This document shows positions 62,941 through 64,000 of a stretch of 64,000 nt of DNA, in pieces. The position numbers and the translations under genes are program-made. The stretch covers positions 14,508 to 78,507 of the IMG/VR virus record IMGVR_UViG_3300032321_001056; one strand, given 5' to 3'. The first letter of the stretch is position 1. Each line of letters opens with the position of its first letter. Below the pieces are notes generated by a model that saw nothing but the letters and a program-made list of their open reading frames with translations, ran no database searches and was not told the DNA's origin. Origin of the DNA: a virus. Lineage: Duplodnaviria > Caudoviricetes.

Positions 62941-64000
62941 TTAAAATTCGTCTACTGAGTTCTCATTTTCAAACCCAATAATTCCAAGTTCTTCAAAACG
63001 ATTACGCAACCAACCATCATTCCTATCTAAAAGACCAAGGTTTTTACAACTTGGAACAATTTTTGCAAGAGACAGTCTATGTATAAAAACATTAACTGGG
63101 TCTTTAATCAGAATAGGGATAATGTCTTTTGGTTTTACACCCATGTTTTCAAAAACTTCGTACTGATATATTCTATCATGAATGTAGATACATGCCTCAT
63201 AAGCGAACTCTTGTCTATCTTTAATCTCAGCATCCGTCATGTTCTCATAGGCATCTTTAAGACTTAAAACGCCAAAAGCAATATGGCGTGATTCATCAAT
63301 CATAACCTGGCGTAGAATCTGCTTAAGAAGAGGTTCTGAGCTCATATGGTACATATGACCAAAAGAAGCAAGAGCTAGCCCTTCAAGCATAACCTGCATT
63401 CCAAGATATGTCATATCCCATCTACTGTCACCAACAATATGGTCTAGCAACTTTCTTGCATGCCAATTAACTGGGTAGACATCACCCATTTTTTCAGTAA
63501 TATATCTATTAAAAACCTCAGCGTGCCTTGCCTCATCAACAACCTGGGTAGCGGCATAAAGCTTTGCATCCCACCAGGGGACTGTCTCTACGATCTTAGA
63601 TGCACAGATCATCGCACCCTGCTCGCCATGAAGCGTTTGTGACAAAACCCATCTACGACTTTCAATTCCGTATTCAAGCCATTCTTTTTGACCCCATTTA
63701 GAAACAGGAGTATCTGCATACATATCAATACTCACACGCAAACCAAGATTGGCTTCTTCCTCTGCCACGACCTTTTCAATGTCAACATCTGTATCCCAAG
63801 GCAAATCATTACCATTCCATTGCCCCATCTTGGCTTTCTCATAAAGTTTATGAATCTGAGGTTTTGACGATGAATAATCCCAAGTAAAAATAGAATCAGC
63901 ATTTGTTTTTACAATATGGCTTATATCATCTGCGTTAACTTCTGGAACATCCAAAATCGCCTCAATATCATTGAGCCTTGTTCTTCCAGTAATCCCTTTA
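62941..64000 (-). CDS. ferritin-like diiron protein, AurF/R2-like (5' partial)
   Basis: HGEQGA, DEARH, EGLA and DESRH diiron ligands; frame stays open to the window edge (KGITGRTRLNDIEAILDVPE). Confidence 0.85.
   Translation of the reverse strand, partial: KGITGRTRLNDIEAILDVPEVNADDISHIVKTNADSIFTWDYSSSKPQIHKLYEKAKMGQWNGNDLPWDTDVDIEKVVAEEEANLGLRVSIDMYADTPVSKWGQKEWLEYGIESRRWVLSQTLHGEQGAMICASKIVETVPWWDAKLYAATQVVDEARHAEVFNRYITEKMGDVYPVNWHARKLLDHIVGDSRWDMTYLGMQVMLEGLALASFGHMYHMSSEPLLKQILRQVMIDESRHIAFGVLSLKDAYENMTDAEIKDRQEFAYEACIYIHDRIYQYEVFENMGVKPKDIIPILIKDPVNVFIHRLSLAKIVPSCKNLGLLDRNDGWLRNRFEELGIIGFENENSVDEF

Noticed and set aside
1-64000. Stop-codon reassignment, or cyanophage/eukaryotic-virus origin (suggested by the fibre motifs and mucin-like protein)
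   Set aside because: Genes tile under code 11. WhiB, Rpf, the M15 endolysin and the siphovirus tail module point to an actinobacterial phage.

Overview
This window is 64 kb of a large tailed dsDNA phage genome of siphovirus type. Every credible gene is on the minus strand and the genes tile under genetic code 11. An actinobacterial host is supported by a WhiB gene, an Rpf-like domain, a Mycobacterium-type DnaE and apparently leaderless promoters. In transcription order (64000 to 1) the window holds: a diiron ferritin-like enzyme and methyltransferases; a mucin-like membrane protein; two holins and an endolysin; fibre proteins; head-tail joining genes; major tail protein and frameshifted tail chaperones; a 5358-aa tape measure protein (TMP); distal tail proteins; a Pro/Cys-rich tail protein next to a 2OG-Fe(II) oxygenase; HNH; a replication/recombination module (helicase, primase, SSB, DnaE, RecA-like, Cas4-like nuclease, two resolvases); glycosyltransferases; terminase; and an AT-rich block of small unknown genes. 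No portal or capsid gene was recognised. The best candidate for a new system is the TMP. Between two copies of its C-terminal LHGGEY motif it carries a ~1900-aa array of [FY]xxGG-delimited modules: an Rpf-like transglycosylase, a metzincin protease and two tandem Arr-like ADP-ribosyltransferase folds. The ADP-ribosyltransferase module is flanked by an exact in-frame 35-bp direct repeat. All family calls come from motif recognition by eye; no searches were run.
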